Shown here one piece after another: positions 1-12,574 of a DNA stretch of 64,000 nucleotides. The number at the start of each line of letters is the position of its first letter. Within the stretch, counting starts at the first letter, position 1. The DNA is from Felis catus (taxonomy: Eukaryota), in NCBI RefSeq assembly GCF_018350175.1, contig NC_058369.1, positions 19,718,001 through 19,782,000 on the forward strand. The letters run 5' to 3'. The position numbers and the translations under genes are program-made. Below the pieces are notes generated by a model. That model saw only the letters and a program-made list of their open reading frames with translations, did not search any database and was not told the origin of the DNA.

Positions 1-204
1 ATGTGTATGGGATTGTGATATAAAATATATTTCTAAATCTGGGCCATGGTAAAAAATATTTGAATGTATTGATCTGGAGAAACTTCTATATATGTACACA
101 TAAAGACACCTACAGCATTGTGTGTAGTAGTAAAAAATTGATAACATCCTAAATGTCTACCAACAAGAGAAGGTTAGAGAAATAAATTATGGGATATAAC
201 ATAC

Positions 205-437
205 ATCATGGTGATTATAGTTAATAATACTGTATTATATACTTGAAAGTTGCTAAGAGTAGATCTCAAATGTCACCATAAAAAAGAAATGGTAATTATG
301 TGACTTGATGGAAGTGTCAGCTTGCTTTTATGGTTCTAATAATTTTGCAGTATGTAAGTGTATCAAATCAACATGTTGTATACCTTAAATTTACACAATG
401 TTGTATGTCAATTATAGCTCAATAAAGCTGGAAAAAA
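205..437 (+). mobile_element. L1 3' end (L1MA9/carnivore-type)
   Basis: tgtattatatacttgaaagttgctaagag...tgtcaattatagctcaataaagctggaaaaaa is a typical L1MA/MB-type 3' terminus with AATAAA. Confidence 0.75.
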
Positions 438-789
438 TTTTAAAATAAAAGCAATAAAATAAATTAATAAAACAACATGAGAAATAACGCACTTATGTTT
501 CTTTTTATTATTTTTTTCTATTTTATTCTTATGTATTCACTCTGTAGTGGAACATAAGACTTTAGTTCAGTTATTCTTTCCTATCCCAAAGATATATAAA
601 CATGCTTCTTACATTCTTCCAATATACTTATCATCCTTGTTAAATTAGTATTTTTTTATTACTGTAATTAATTCATGGCTGATCTATATAGCATATTGTC
701 ATTATATCTTGTATTACCGTTTTGTTCATCTAGAATTAATATTTGACATATATATTTAAAAATATATATTTATATACTTTATATATACA

Positions 790-1082
790 TGTATCACCTT
801 TGCTTTACCCATTTATCTACTGATGGACACTTACATTGTTTCTGTGTTTTGACTATTGTGAATAATGCTGCAGTGAACCTGGAATACAGGTATCTAGTTT
901 TAAGTTTTTCAGCAACTTCCATACTGTTTTCCTTAGTGGCTGTACCAATTTACATTCCCATCAACAGTGTACCAGGGTTCCTTTTTCTCTACACCCTTGT
1001 GAACATTTGTTATCTCTTGTCTTTTTGATGGTACCCATCCTAACAGGTGTGAGGTGATATCTCTTTGTGGTTTTGATTTGGA
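790..1082 (-). mobile_element. Old L1 fragment (ORF2 C-terminal region)
   Basis: Minus-strand translation gives [15 protein letters not shown], an L1 ORF2 motif. Confidence 0.7.
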
Positions 1083-1650
1083 ATTTTGATTTAGAAATTG
1101 TTTTGTGACAGCAGTCAGGGGACCTCAGACTATTACTTGATTTTGGTTGGTTAGTTAATGTTATTTTCCCTGTCATAAATAATGTCAGAATCTAATTGTT
1201 GAAAGAGCCAATTCAGGTGGGTACTCTGTCTTCATCACATCCCCTCTAAGCAAGAATTACATTTAAATTCACTTGCTGGGCTCATGCTTGTAAATGAAAG
1301 TATGTAAAAAAAAATCTCTGGTTTCATTATTGAGACAGTGTTTGTTGCTTATAACATACGCTTTATGCTTGAAGATTCCTGCCAATTATCCAGATTGTGT
1401 CTGTTTCCTGATTTGTTGTCTGTATAGCTCTCTGAAGACCTCTTATTCATGCCCTGTTTTATTATCTAGATTCATGATCCATAGCCTGATTTGACTTTGA
1501 GTCTCCTGCTGTAGATTTCTCACTCAGTTCCAGTTTCCACTTTACCTTGAACATTTCTATCCCCTTCCTCCATTATCTTAGTCTGATTTGCCTTAGGTGC
1601 CTATTCCTGTGCTGTCCTTAGCCCTAAAATTGATGCTTTCTTTTCTTTTC

Positions 1651-1835
1651 CCTTTTTTAAAAAGTTTATTTATTTATTTTGAGAGAGAAAAAGAGAGTGT
1701 AATTGGGGGAGGGTAGAGAGAGAAGGAGACAGAGAGAATCCCAAGCAGGCTCTGCATTGTCAGTGCAGAGTGCAATGTGGGGCTAGAACTACTGAACCAA
1801 AACAAACTGTGACCTGAGTTGAAATCAAGAGTTGG
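1651..1835 (-). mobile_element. Can-SINE, first part (split by an L1 insertion)
   Basis: T-rich tail, GA tract and cccaagcaggctctgcattgtcagtgcagag body; stops at gaaatcaagagttgg. Confidence 0.85.
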
Positions 1836-2388
1836 TTAGGTTTATTCGTAGGGATTTTATGGTTCTTGGTACAGTTGTGAATGGGATAAGTTTCTTTATT
1901 TCTCTTTCTGTTGCTTTATTATTAGTGTATAAAAATGCAACCGATTTCTGTACATTAATTTTGTACCCTGCAACTTTGGTGCATTCACGTATCAGTTCTA
2001 GCAGACTTTTGGTGGAATATGTCAGGTTTTCCATGTAAAGTATCATGTTGTCTGTGAAAAGTAAAAGTTTGACTTCATCTTTGACAGTTTTGATGCCTTT
2101 TATTATATTTTGTTGTCTGATTGCTGATGCTAGGACTTACAATACTATGTTAAATAACAGTGGTGAGAGTGGACATCCCTGTCGTGTTCCTGATCTCAGG
2201 GGGGAAAGCTGTCAGTTATTCCCCATTGAGGATATTAGCTGTGGGCCTTTCATAAATGGCCTCTATGATGTTTAAGTATGTTCCTTCTATCCTGACTTTC
2301 TTGAGGGTTTTCATCAAGACAGGATGCTGTATTTTGTCAAATGCTTTCTCTGCATGTATTGACAGGACCATATGGTTCTTAGCTTTTA
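1836..2388 (-). mobile_element. Inverted 5' segment of a twin-primed felid L1 (ORF2 RT region)
   Basis: Minus [36 protein letters not shown]; abuts the left TSD AAGAGTTGG. Confidence 0.9.
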
Positions 2389-2390
2389 TT

Positions 2391-4395
2391 TAAAAGATCT
2401 GTATGCTGAAAACTGTAGAAAGCTTATGAAGGAAATTGAAGAAGATACAAAGAAATGGAAAAACATTCCATGCTCATGGATTGGAAGAATAAATATTGTT
2501 AAAATGTCAATACTACCCAAAGCAATTTACGCACTCAGTGTAATACCAAGCAAAATTGCACCAGCATTCTTCTCAAAGCTAGACCAAACAATCCTAAAAT
2601 TCGTATGGAACCACAAAAGACCCCGAATAGCCAAAGTAATATTGAAGAAGAAAACCAAAATGGGAGTGATCACAATTCCATACTTTAGCCTCTACTGCAA
2701 AGCTGTAATCATCAAGACAGTATGGTATGGGCACTAAAACAGACACATAGACCAATCGAATAGAGTAGAGACCCCAGAATTGGACCCACAAATGTATGGC
2801 CAACTAAACTTTGACAAAACAGGAAAGAGTATCCAGTGGAAAAAAGACAGTCTCTTTTTTTTCATTTATTATTTATTATTTATTTATTTTTAATATGAAA
2901 TTTATTGTCCAGTTGGTTTCCATACAACACCCAGTCCTCATCCCAAAAGGTGCCCTCCTCAATACCCATCACCCACCCTCCCCTCCCTCCCACCCCCCAT
3001 CAACCCTCAGTTCTCAGTTTTAAAGGGTCTCTTATGCTTTGGCTCTCTCCCTCTCTAACCTCTTTTTTTTTCCTTCCCCTCCCCTATGGTCTTCTGTTAA
3101 GTTTCTCAGGATCCACATAAGAGTGAAAACATGTGGTATCTGAAAAGACAGTCTCTTTAACAAATGGTGCTGGGAGAGCTGGACAGCAACATGCAGAAGA
3201 ATGAAACTAGATCACTTTCTTACACCATACACAAAAATAAACTCAAAATAGGTGAAGGACCTGAATGTGAGACAAGAAACCATCAAAACCCTAGAGGAGA
3301 AAGCAGGAAAAAACCTCTTTGACTTCAGTGCAGCAGTTTCTTACTCAACACATCTCCAAAGGAAGGGAATTAAAAGCAAAAATGAACTATTGGGACCTCA
3401 TGAAGATAAAACGCTTCTGCACTGCAAAGGAAACAATCAACAAAACGGAAAGGCAACTGATGGAATGGGAAAAGATATTTGCAAATGACATACCGAACAA
3501 AGGGCTAGTATCTAAAATCTATAAAGAACTCACCAAACTCCACACTCGAAAAACAAATAATCCAGTGAAGAAATGGGCAGAAGACATGAATAGACACTTT
3601 TCCAGAGAAGACATCCAGATGGCCAACAGGCACATGAAAAGATGCTTAACATCACTCATCAGGGAAGTACAAATCAAAACTACAATGAGATATCACCTCA
3701 TGCTGGTCAGAGTGGCTAAAATGAACAAATCATGAAACTATAAATGCTGGTGAGGATGTGGAGAAATGGGAACCTTCTTACACTGTTGGTGGGAATGCAA
3801 ATTGATGCAGCCTCTCTGGAAAACAGTGTAGAGGTTCCTCAAAAAATTAAAAATAGAACTACCCCATGACCCAGCAATAGCACTGGTAGGAATTTATCCA
3901 AAAGATACAGGAGTGCTGATGTGCCCCAATGTTTATAGCAGCACTTTCAACAATAGCCAAATTAGGGAAAGAGCCTAAATGTCCATCAACTGACGAATGG
4001 ATAAAGAAGATGTGGTTTATACATACAATGGAATACTACTTGTCAATGAGAAAGAATGAAATCCTGCCATTTGCAGCAACATGGATGGAACTGGAGGGTA
4101 TTATGCTAAGTGAAATAAGTCAGGCAGAGAAAGGCAGATACCATATGTTTTCATTTATATGTGGATCTTGAGAAACTTAACAGAAGACCGTGGCTGAGGG
4201 GAAGGGGAAAAAAAAAGTTACAGAGAGGCAGGGAGGCAAACCATAAGAGACTATGAAGGACTGAGAATAAACTGAGTGTTGATGGGGGTAGGGGAGAGGG
4301 AAAGTGGGTGATGGGCAGGAAGGAGGGCACCTGTTGGGATGAGGACTGGGTGTTGTATGGAAACCAATTTGACAATAAATTATATTAAAAAAAAA
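2391..4395 (+). mobile_element. Sense segment of the twin-primed felid L1 (ORF2 C-terminus, 3'UTR, polyA)
   Basis: [39 protein letters not shown] fragments; 3'UTR ends gacaataaattatattaaaaa; TSD AAGAGTTGG at 1827-1835 and 4396-4404. Confidence 0.92.
2858..3142 (-). mobile_element. Short felid L1 3'-end insertion nested in the L1
   Basis: T-rich tail plus reverse-complement L1 3'UTR; 16-bp TSD AAAAGACAGTCTCTTT at 2842-2857 and 3143-3158. Confidence 0.92.
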
Positions 4396-4431
4396 AAGAG
4401 TTGGACACTTAAGTGAGCCACTAGGTGCCTC
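4396..4431 (-). mobile_element. Can-SINE, second part (5' head)
   Basis: aagagttggacacttaagtgagccactaggtgcctc continues the SINE broken at 1835. Confidence 0.8.
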
Positions 4432-4604
4432 GATGCAGGCTTTTCTGTAAGAACATTTCCACTCTCAAGCTGAAGAGTGTAAATCTGATATTTCTTGAAT
4501 TATATTATAGGTATAATATAGGTATATATTATGTTATATTACATTATATTAATTCATATGTGTATAATTATATATTATAAGTATATAATATATAGGTATA
4601 ATAC

Positions 4605-4761
4605 ACTGTATTATATACTTGAAAGTTGATATACTTACATACTGAAAAATTATAACAACCATAACAGCAAGCTGACACTTCCATCAAGTCACATAATTAT
4701 AATTTCTTTTTTACAGTGACATTTGAGATATACTCTTAGCAACTTTTAAGTTATATATAAT
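4605..4761. repeat. Direct plus inverted copy of 229-366
   Basis: 4605-4628 matches 229-252 directly; 4626-4761 is the reverse complement of 233-366, roughly 90% identical by eye. Confidence 0.8.
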
Positions 4762-4791
4762 ATAATATAGGTATATAATATATATATATAA

Positions 4792-6726
4792 CCTAGCTTC
4801 AGCAATCAGACAATACAAAGAAATAAAAGTCATCCAAATCAGCAAGAAGGAAGTCAAACTTTGACTCTTCTCAGATGACATACTTTATATGGAAAACCCA
4901 AAAGATTCCACCAAAAAACTGCTAGAACTGATCCATGAATTCATCAAAATTGCAGGATATAAAATCAGTGCATAGAAATCGGTTGCATTTCTATACACCA
5001 TTAATGAAACAACAGAAAGAGAAATCAAGGAATCTATCCCATTTACGGTTGCACCAAAAACCATAAAATACCTAGGAGTAAACCTAATGAAAGAGGTGAA
5101 AAATCTATACAGTGAAAACCATAGAAAGCTTATAAAAGAAATTGAAGAAGACACATAAAAGTGGAAAAATATTCCATGCTCATGGATTGGAAGAACAAAC
5201 ACTGTTAAAATGTCAATATCACCCAAAGCAATCTACATATTCAATGCAATCGCTATCAAAATAATACCAGCATTTTTCACAGAGCTAGAACAAACAATCC
5301 TAAAATTTGTATGGAACCAGAAAAGACCCCGAATAGCCAAAGCAATCTTGAAAAAGAAAACTGAATGGCACAAAAACAGGCACTCAGATCAATGGAACAG
5401 AATAGAAAGCCCAGAAATGGGCCCACAAACATATGGCCAACTACTCTTTGACAAAGCAGGAAAAAATATCCAATGGAATAAAGACAGTCTCTTCAGGAAG
5501 TGGTGCTGAGAAAACTGGACAGCGACATGCAGAAAAATGAACCTGGACCACTTTCCTACATCATACACAAAAATAAGCTTAAAATGGATGCAAAATCTAA
5601 ATGTAAGACAGGAAACCATCAAAATCCTTGAGGAGAAAGCAGGCAAAAACCTCTTTGAGCTTGACTGCAGCAACTTCTTACTCAACACATCTCCGGAGGC
5701 AAGGGAAACAAAAGCAAAAATGAACTTTTGGGATCTTATCAAAATGAAAAGCTTCTACACAGTGAAGGAAACAATCAGCAAAACTAAAGGGCAACCAACA
5801 GAATGGGAGAAGATATTTGCAAATGACTTATCAGGTAAAGGGTTAGTATCCAAAATCTATAAAGAACTCATCAGACACAACACCCAAAAAACAAATAATC
5901 CAGTGAAGAAATGGGCAAAAGACATAAATAGACACTTTTCCAAAGAAGACCTCCAGATGGCCAACCGACACATGAAAAAATGCTCAACATCACTCATCAT
6001 CAAAACCGCAATGAGATACCACCTCACATCTGTCAGAATCGTTAACATTAACAACTTAGGCAACAACAGGTGTTGGTGTGGATGTGGAGAAAGGATCTCT
6101 TTGGCATTGCTGGTAGGAATGCAAACTGATGCAGCCACTCTGGAAAACAGTATGGAGGTTCCTCAAAAAATTAAAAATAGAACTACCCTACGACCCAGCA
6201 ATTACACTACTAGGTATTTATCCAAGGGATACGGGTATGCTGTTTCGAAGGGGCATATGCACCCCAATGTTTATAGCAGCACTGTCAACAATAGCCAAAG
6301 TATGGAAAGAGCCCAAATGTCCATCAATGGATGAATGGATAAAGAAGATGTGGTATATATATACAGTGGAATATTACTTGGCAATCAAAAAGAATGAAAT
6401 CTTGCCATTTGTAGCTGCATGGATGGAACTAGCGGGTATTATGCTAACTGAAATTAGAGAAAGACAAATATCATATGACTTCACTCCTATGAGGACTTTA
6501 AGATACAAAACAGAACGTAAGAGAAGGGAAGCAAAAATAATATAAAAACAGGGAGGGGGACAAAACATAGGAGACTCTTAAATACAGAGAACAGAGGGTT
6601 ACTGGAGGGGTTGTGGGAAGGGAGATGGGCTAAATGGGTAAGGGGCACTAAGGAATCTACTCCTGAAATCATTATTGCACTATATGATAACTAACTTGAA
6701 TGTAAAACAAAAAATAATAAAAAAAT
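4792..6726 (+). mobile_element. 5'-truncated carnivore/felid L1 (degraded ORF2 3' half and 3'UTR)
   Basis: ORF2 fragments at 5210-5509, 5537-6334 and 6129-6545; internal deletion near 5362; A-rich tail near 6705-6726. Confidence 0.9.
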
Positions 6727-7068
6727 ATGTGCATTTCCAAAAAGAAAGTCTTGTGGGTGAGAGACTTATACAAAGAAAGCGACAATCATTCAGGGCTTAT
6801 CAAAAAGAGTTTATGATGAGCAAATGTTTGGGAAATCATAGTAAAACAACATCTTAGTGTGTATCTTCCTGTAAGTGAAGGTGCTTTAAATTAAGTGTTA
6901 TTAAATAATGTGTATATATAAGAAATGATAGTGAATATTGATGATTAACACATTAAAATTAGAATGACTATTAAGAGTTTATTTCTGAATTTTATCATTT
7001 GTTTATTTTGAAATAGCATTATTAAAAGGACTGCAAGAAAAAATATTCAACAAGATTTAAATAACTAC

Positions 7069-7291
7069 TTTTTTTTTTAAATTTTTTTAACGTTTATTTA
7101 TTTCTGAGACAAAGAGAGACAGAGCATGAATGGGGGAGGGTCAGAGAGAGAGGGAGACACAGAATCCGAAACAGGCTCCAGGCTCCGAGTGGTCAGCACA
7201 GAGCCCGACGTGGGGCTCGAACTCACAGACTGCGAGATCATGACCTGAGCTGAAGTCGGCCGCTTAACCGACTGAGTCACCCAGGCGCCCC
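7069..7291 (-). mobile_element. Can-SINE (felid)
   Basis: Full body ending ccaggcgcccc; TSD ttaaataactacttt. Confidence 0.92.
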
Positions 7292-7644
7292 ATTAAATAA
7301 CTACTTTTAGTACCTATTTGAGATCATTGATTCTTATGGAACACAGAAAACAGTTTGTAAGATAGGAAAGAGAAAAATGTCATCCAAAATTTTGAAACTA
7401 AAAGTACAAAAGAAAAAAAAGTATAAGTCCTCAGTCTACGAAAACAAGAACTACAAACAAATCTTGATCTCTTCATACTGGGTTTATTTTTCATAGTGAA
7501 ATGTGTACATCAGTCCTGAAACTATTTTGGGTGTGTGTCATCTGATTGAATAACTGAGAAGGGAGCTGCAGACAAGGGAGATCATTGTGGGCTTAGAACC
7601 AAATCGGAGGTATCAGTATAAACTCATCATTTCTAATATAAATA

Positions 7645-8183
7645 TAGTAGTTTGTCTCCAAATCTGGCTACTATCAACTTCTTCTCTCCCTGTACATGCA
7701 CACCAGTCTGCCTAAGAGAGATGGTATCATTGTCTCTACCTGTTTGAATCCGAGCTTGTCTGTGTCTACTTTTACCAGTAGAATATTCAGGAAAGGACAT
7801 TGGGCAACTTTGAGACTTGCCTGCAAGAGCAAAGGCAGTTCTGCTTCCCCCTCATACTCGTGGGATACCTCCTCTCAGAATCTACCCATCATGCAGTGTA
7901 AGCCTAACCTACATGGAGAAGACACCTGGAAGTGCTCCAGTTGAAAGTCTTGGCTGAGCTTTCAACTGATGGCCAGCAGCAACTGCCAAGTCTTGGATGT
8001 CAATTCCAATCAAACCTCTAGACAACTCCAGCCCTGGCCACCATTTAACTACAACTGCTTAAAAGCCCCAGGTGAGAACTGCCTCGCTGAGCCCAGTCAT
8101 AAGTGCGAGAGACGTTAATAAGCTGTTGTTTCAAGTCATTATGGCTTGGGGTGCTTTGTTATGCAGCAACAGACAGCCAAAAA
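7645..8183 (+). mobile_element. MaLR LTR (MLT1G/MLT1H-like)
   Basis: Characteristic 3' end tgtttcaagtcattatggcttggggtgctttgttatgcagcaacaga and gagaactgcctcgctgagcccagtc. Confidence 0.7.
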
Positions 8184-8323
8184 CTATTGAAAGACCTTGA
8201 GGGGGAAAAAAACCACTCCCAAAGCAATGATCTTAATGCCCAGATCAGAGTTCAAATTTTTCTAAATATCATTCCTCATTAAGAGGAACCAATTTTTTGT
8301 TTGCTTTAGAAATGGATGATTCT

Positions 8324-8552
8324 GGGGGCGCCTGGATGGCTCAGTCCATTAGGTGTCTGATTCTTAATCTTGGCTCAGGTCACAATCTCATGGTTCATGA
8401 GACTGAGCCCTGAGTTGAACTCTGCACTGACAGCACAGAGCCTGCTTGGGATTCTCTCTCTCCCCCTCTCTCTGCCCCTCTTCAGCTTGTGTTCACAGGC
8501 TCTCTGTCTCCCTCTCTCTCTAAAATAAAAAAAAAATAAAACATTAAAAAAA
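8324..8552 (+). mobile_element. Can-SINE
   Basis: ggggcgcctggatggctcagtc head, CT tract, A-rich tail. Confidence 0.9.
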
Positions 8553-8557
8553 CCCCA

Positions 8558-10070
8558 CAAAAACTGAAGCTGGAGGCATCACAGTCCCGGACTTTAAGAT
8601 GTATTACAAAGTTGTAATCATCAAGACAGTATGGTACTGGCACAAAACAGACACTCAGGTCAATGGAACAGAATAGAGAACCCAGAAATGGACCCACAAA
8701 CGTATGGCCAGCTAATCTTTGAAAAAGCAGAAAGAATACCAGTGGAAAAAAAAGACAAAGTATGGTGTTGGGAAAACTGGACAGTGACATGCAGAAGAAT
8801 GAACCTGGCCCACTTTCTTACACCATACACAAAAATACTCTCAAAATGGATGAAAGATTAAACATAAGACAGGAAGCCATCAAAATCCTCGAGGAGAAGC
8901 AGGCAAAACCTCTTTGACCTTGGCTGCAGCAACTTCTTACTCAACAGGTGTCCGGAGGCAAGGGAAAGAGAAGCCAAAATGAACTGCTGGCACCTCATCG
9001 AGATAAAAACCTTCTGCCAGGTGAAGGAAACAATCAACAAAAGTAAAAGGCAACTGATGGAATGGGAGAAGATATTTGCAAATGACATACCAGATAAAGG
9101 GTTAGTATCCTAAATCTATAAAGAACTTATCAAACTCAACACCCAAGAAACAAATAATACAGTGAAGAAATGGGCAGAAGACATGGATAGACACTTTTCC
9201 AAAGAAGACATCCAGATGACTAACAAACACATGAAAAGATGCTCAACGTTACTCATCATCAGGGAAATACAAGTCAAAACCATAATGAGATAGTACTTCA
9301 CACCTATCAGAATGGCTAAAATGAGCATATCAGGAGACTATAGATGTTGGCAAGGGTGTGGAGAAATGGGAACCTTCTTACACTGCTGGTGGGAATGCAA
9401 ACTGGTGTGGCTACTCTGGAGAACAGTATGGAAGTTCCTCAAATAAAAAGCGGAACTACCCTATGACCTGCAGCTGTACTGCTAGGGTATTTATCCAAAG
9501 GATACAAAAATGCTGATTTGAAGGGGCACATGCACCCCAATGTTTATAGCAGCACTATCAACAATAGCCAAATTATGGAAAGAGCCCAATGTCTACAGAC
9601 TTTGAATGGATAAAGAAGATGTGGTGTGCACACAATGGAATACTACTTGGCATTCAAAAAGAATAAAATCTTGCCATTTGCAACACCATAGGTAGAACTG
9701 GAATGTATTATGCTAAGTGAAGTAAATGAGTCAGACAAAGACAAATACATGATTTCACTGATATGTGGAATTTGAGAAACACAACAGATGAACATAGGGG
9801 AAGGGAAGGAAAAATAAGATAAAAACAGAGAGGGAGGCAAACCATAAGAGACTTTTAACTACAAAGAATAAACTGAGGGTTGTTGGAGGGGAGGCAGGTG
9901 GGGGGATGGGCTAAATGGAGGGGAGGCAGGTGGGGGGATGGGTACTAAGGAGGGCACTTGTTGGGTGAGCATGGGGTGTTAATTGGTAAGTGGTGAATCA
10001 CTAAATTCTCCTGAAACCATTATTATACTATATGTTAACTAACATGGTTTTAAGTAAAACTTAAAAAAAT
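8558..10070 (+). mobile_element. 5'-truncated carnivore L1
   Basis: [28 protein letters not shown]2 remnant through a G-rich 3'UTR and A tail. Confidence 0.88.
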
Positions 10071-10233
10071 ATATTTAATAACAAGTTTCTCTTAAAGTAG
10101 TGTGAAGAATACAAACTAGTTGAAAAATTAGTTTAAAAAATAATATTTTATTCTAAGGGATCTAAGTAATATAAAAACTTATGTTAGTTTTTCTGTGATT
10201 AGGATAAATCCAAATATATATATATATATTAAA

Positions 10234-10437
10234 ATTTTTTTTTATATCTTTAGTTTTTAGAGAGAGAGAGCATGAGCTGGGGAGGGGCAGAGAGAGAGAT
10301 GGAGACATAATCTGAATCAAGCTCTAGGCTCTGAGCTGACAGCACAGAGCCCAACATGGGGCTCGAACTCACGAACAGTGAGATCATGACCTGAGCCAAA
10401 GTTAGAGGCTTAAGTGACTGAGCCACCCAGGTGCCCC
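10234..10437 (-). mobile_element. Can-SINE
   Basis: Antisense body ending gagccacccaggtgcccc. Confidence 0.88.
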
Positions 10438-10881
10438 AGAATGAATCTAAATGTTGCCATAATTATTTTGTTTACAGAGGGAGGAAAGTAATTCAGTTCT
10501 CAAGTTGCTCAAGGTGAATCTGTCAGTGAGTCAGCAAGGTCAGCCAGGTGAAGTCATCTAGAAATCTCCTGATATCTTTTCTAATTTTTGATTTATGTAT
10601 ATTCCAACCAATAAGACTATTTTGTGCCAGCTTTCAATTTGTTTAAATTTGGTTTTCCTTTTCTTATCTTGTCTCTCTATAATATTCAGACTAAGAATCA
10701 ATATCCGTATCAGTGCACTAGTTTTAACTTTCTGATACAGCTGTAGAAAGAAGATATTTCATTATAACTTATATTGTTGAAAAGTTATATAATACCTTCC
10801 AAGGTTGGGTACCTGCCTTATTAGTGTACTTAGTGTACTACCGTACTTTGTTGGATAAACATTCCTGCCAATTTTTAGTGG

Positions 10882-10932
10882 CATTTTATTTATTTTATTT
10901 TTTATTTAAAAAAAATGTTAATGCTTATTTTT

Positions 10933-10983
<51 letters not shown>

Positions 10984-11109
10984 TCGCAAGCACACTCCAA
11001 GCTCTGAGCTGTCAGCACAGAGCCCATCGTGGGGCTTGAACTCTGGACTGAGAAATCATGAGCTGAGTTGAAGTCGGACACTTAACCGACTGACCCAACC
11101 AGATGCCTG
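10882..11109 (-). mobile_element. Can-SINE containing an (AC)n microsatellite at 10935-10980
   Basis: TSD ttta(g/a)tggcatttt; the usual GA tract is replaced by (AC)n. Confidence 0.85.
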
Positions 11110-11386
11110 TTTAATGGCATTTTAAAAAGTTAAATTTTAATGAGATTTTATGGATAGGAAAAATGTACATCTTTCTGATAAGAAAAAAAATTCCCTTTTA
11201 ATGATAATGATTTTATTTCTGTTCACTTTAGGAAATGATTTATGAATGAAGATTGTTACAGATATTCAAATCAGATGACTTAGTGTACGTTAAGATAGTT
11301 CTGAACACTTAACCATGTTTTAAATGCCTTTGGCAGATTTTTCATTATGTTTGCAACTTAAGTTAATGTTTAAAATTGATAAGAAG

Positions 11387-11586
11387 GGAGCCTGGGTGAC
11401 TCAGTCAGTTGAGTGTTCGACTTCAGCTCAGGTCTTGATCTCATGGTTTGTGAGTTCAAGCCCCACATCAGGCTCTCTGCTGTCAGCACGGAGCCTGCTT
11501 TGAATCCTCTGTCCCCTTCACTCTCTGCCCCTCCCCTGTTCATGGGCGCGCTCTCTCAAAAATAAATAAACCTTAAAAAAATAAAA
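11387..11586 (+). mobile_element. Can-SINE
   Basis: gggagcctgggtgactcagtc head; aaaataaataaa tail. Confidence 0.88.
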
Positions 11587-11853
11587 GTAAGAGTTTCATA
11601 ATAATCGTTTGCTCTCTACCTACCATATTTTGGCAATAGGTAGATATTATACATTCATTTTTTTTCAGTTAATGCTCAAAATGACCTTTGAAACATTACT
11701 ACTTCCATGTTTAGATGATGAAACTTAAGCTTAAGGTGAAGGGAACATAGGTGGTACGTGGCAGACAAGAGGATTCTGCTTGTCTGCTCTGAGTAAGCTA
11801 TTTGGAATTCATTGAGACTCTAGTTTGGAAAAACTATTTCTTGAGATCCATTT

Positions 11854-12069
11854 AAATTTTTTTTTTATTGTTTTATTTCTTTTTGAGAGAGAGAGAGAGC
11901 GCGTGTGAGCATGAGCGGGGGAAGGGCAGAGAAAGACAGGGACAGAGGATCTAAAGGTGGCTCTGTGCTGACAGCAACAAGCCTGTTGTGGGGCTCAAAC
12001 TCAGGAGCTGTGAGAACATGACCTGAGCTGAAGTTAGATGCTCAACTGACTGAGTCACCCAGGTGCCCC
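11854..12069 (-). mobile_element. Can-SINE
   Basis: TSD ttgag(a/g)tccattt. Confidence 0.88.
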
Positions 12070-12330
12070 TTGAGGTCCATTTCTAAAGTCTATTGGGTTT
12101 TGTGGAGCTTGGTGTTTCTCCAAATAGGTTACTTAAAAAGTGAACAAATGAACACTTAACAGATGTATTTATGAGATTTTCTATTTTTGGACATTTGAGC
12201 AATAGGGTTTTAAATTAATGGTTTTCTGGTCACCGGGAAGGTTTTCATTCATGGAGTATTTTATGAGAGTTTGTTAAGTTAGTAATATACTTTGGACTAT
12301 AGAAAGAAGACTCAAAGTTTGAAGTTTAAA

Positions 12331-12361
12331 GTCTTTAAAGATTTTTTTTTGAATGTCTAGT

Positions 12362-12412
<51 letters not shown>

Positions 12413-12574
12413 AAGCAGGGGAGGGGCAGAGAGAGAGGGAGACACAGAACATGAAGCAGATTCCAGACTCTGAGCTGTCAGCACAGAGCCCGATGTGGGG
12501 CTCAAACTCATGACCATGAGATCATGACCTGAGCCAAAGTTGGATGTTTAACTGACTGAGCCACCCAGGTGCCC
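12331..12574 (-). mobile_element. Can-SINE with a long (GA)n tract
   Basis: TSD tgaagtttaaa. Confidence 0.88.

Noticed and set aside
5210..6545. ORFs of 99-265 aa as host genes (likewise at 3319, 19084, 33323 and 58919)
   Set aside because: All are degraded L1 ORF2 C-terminal fragments.
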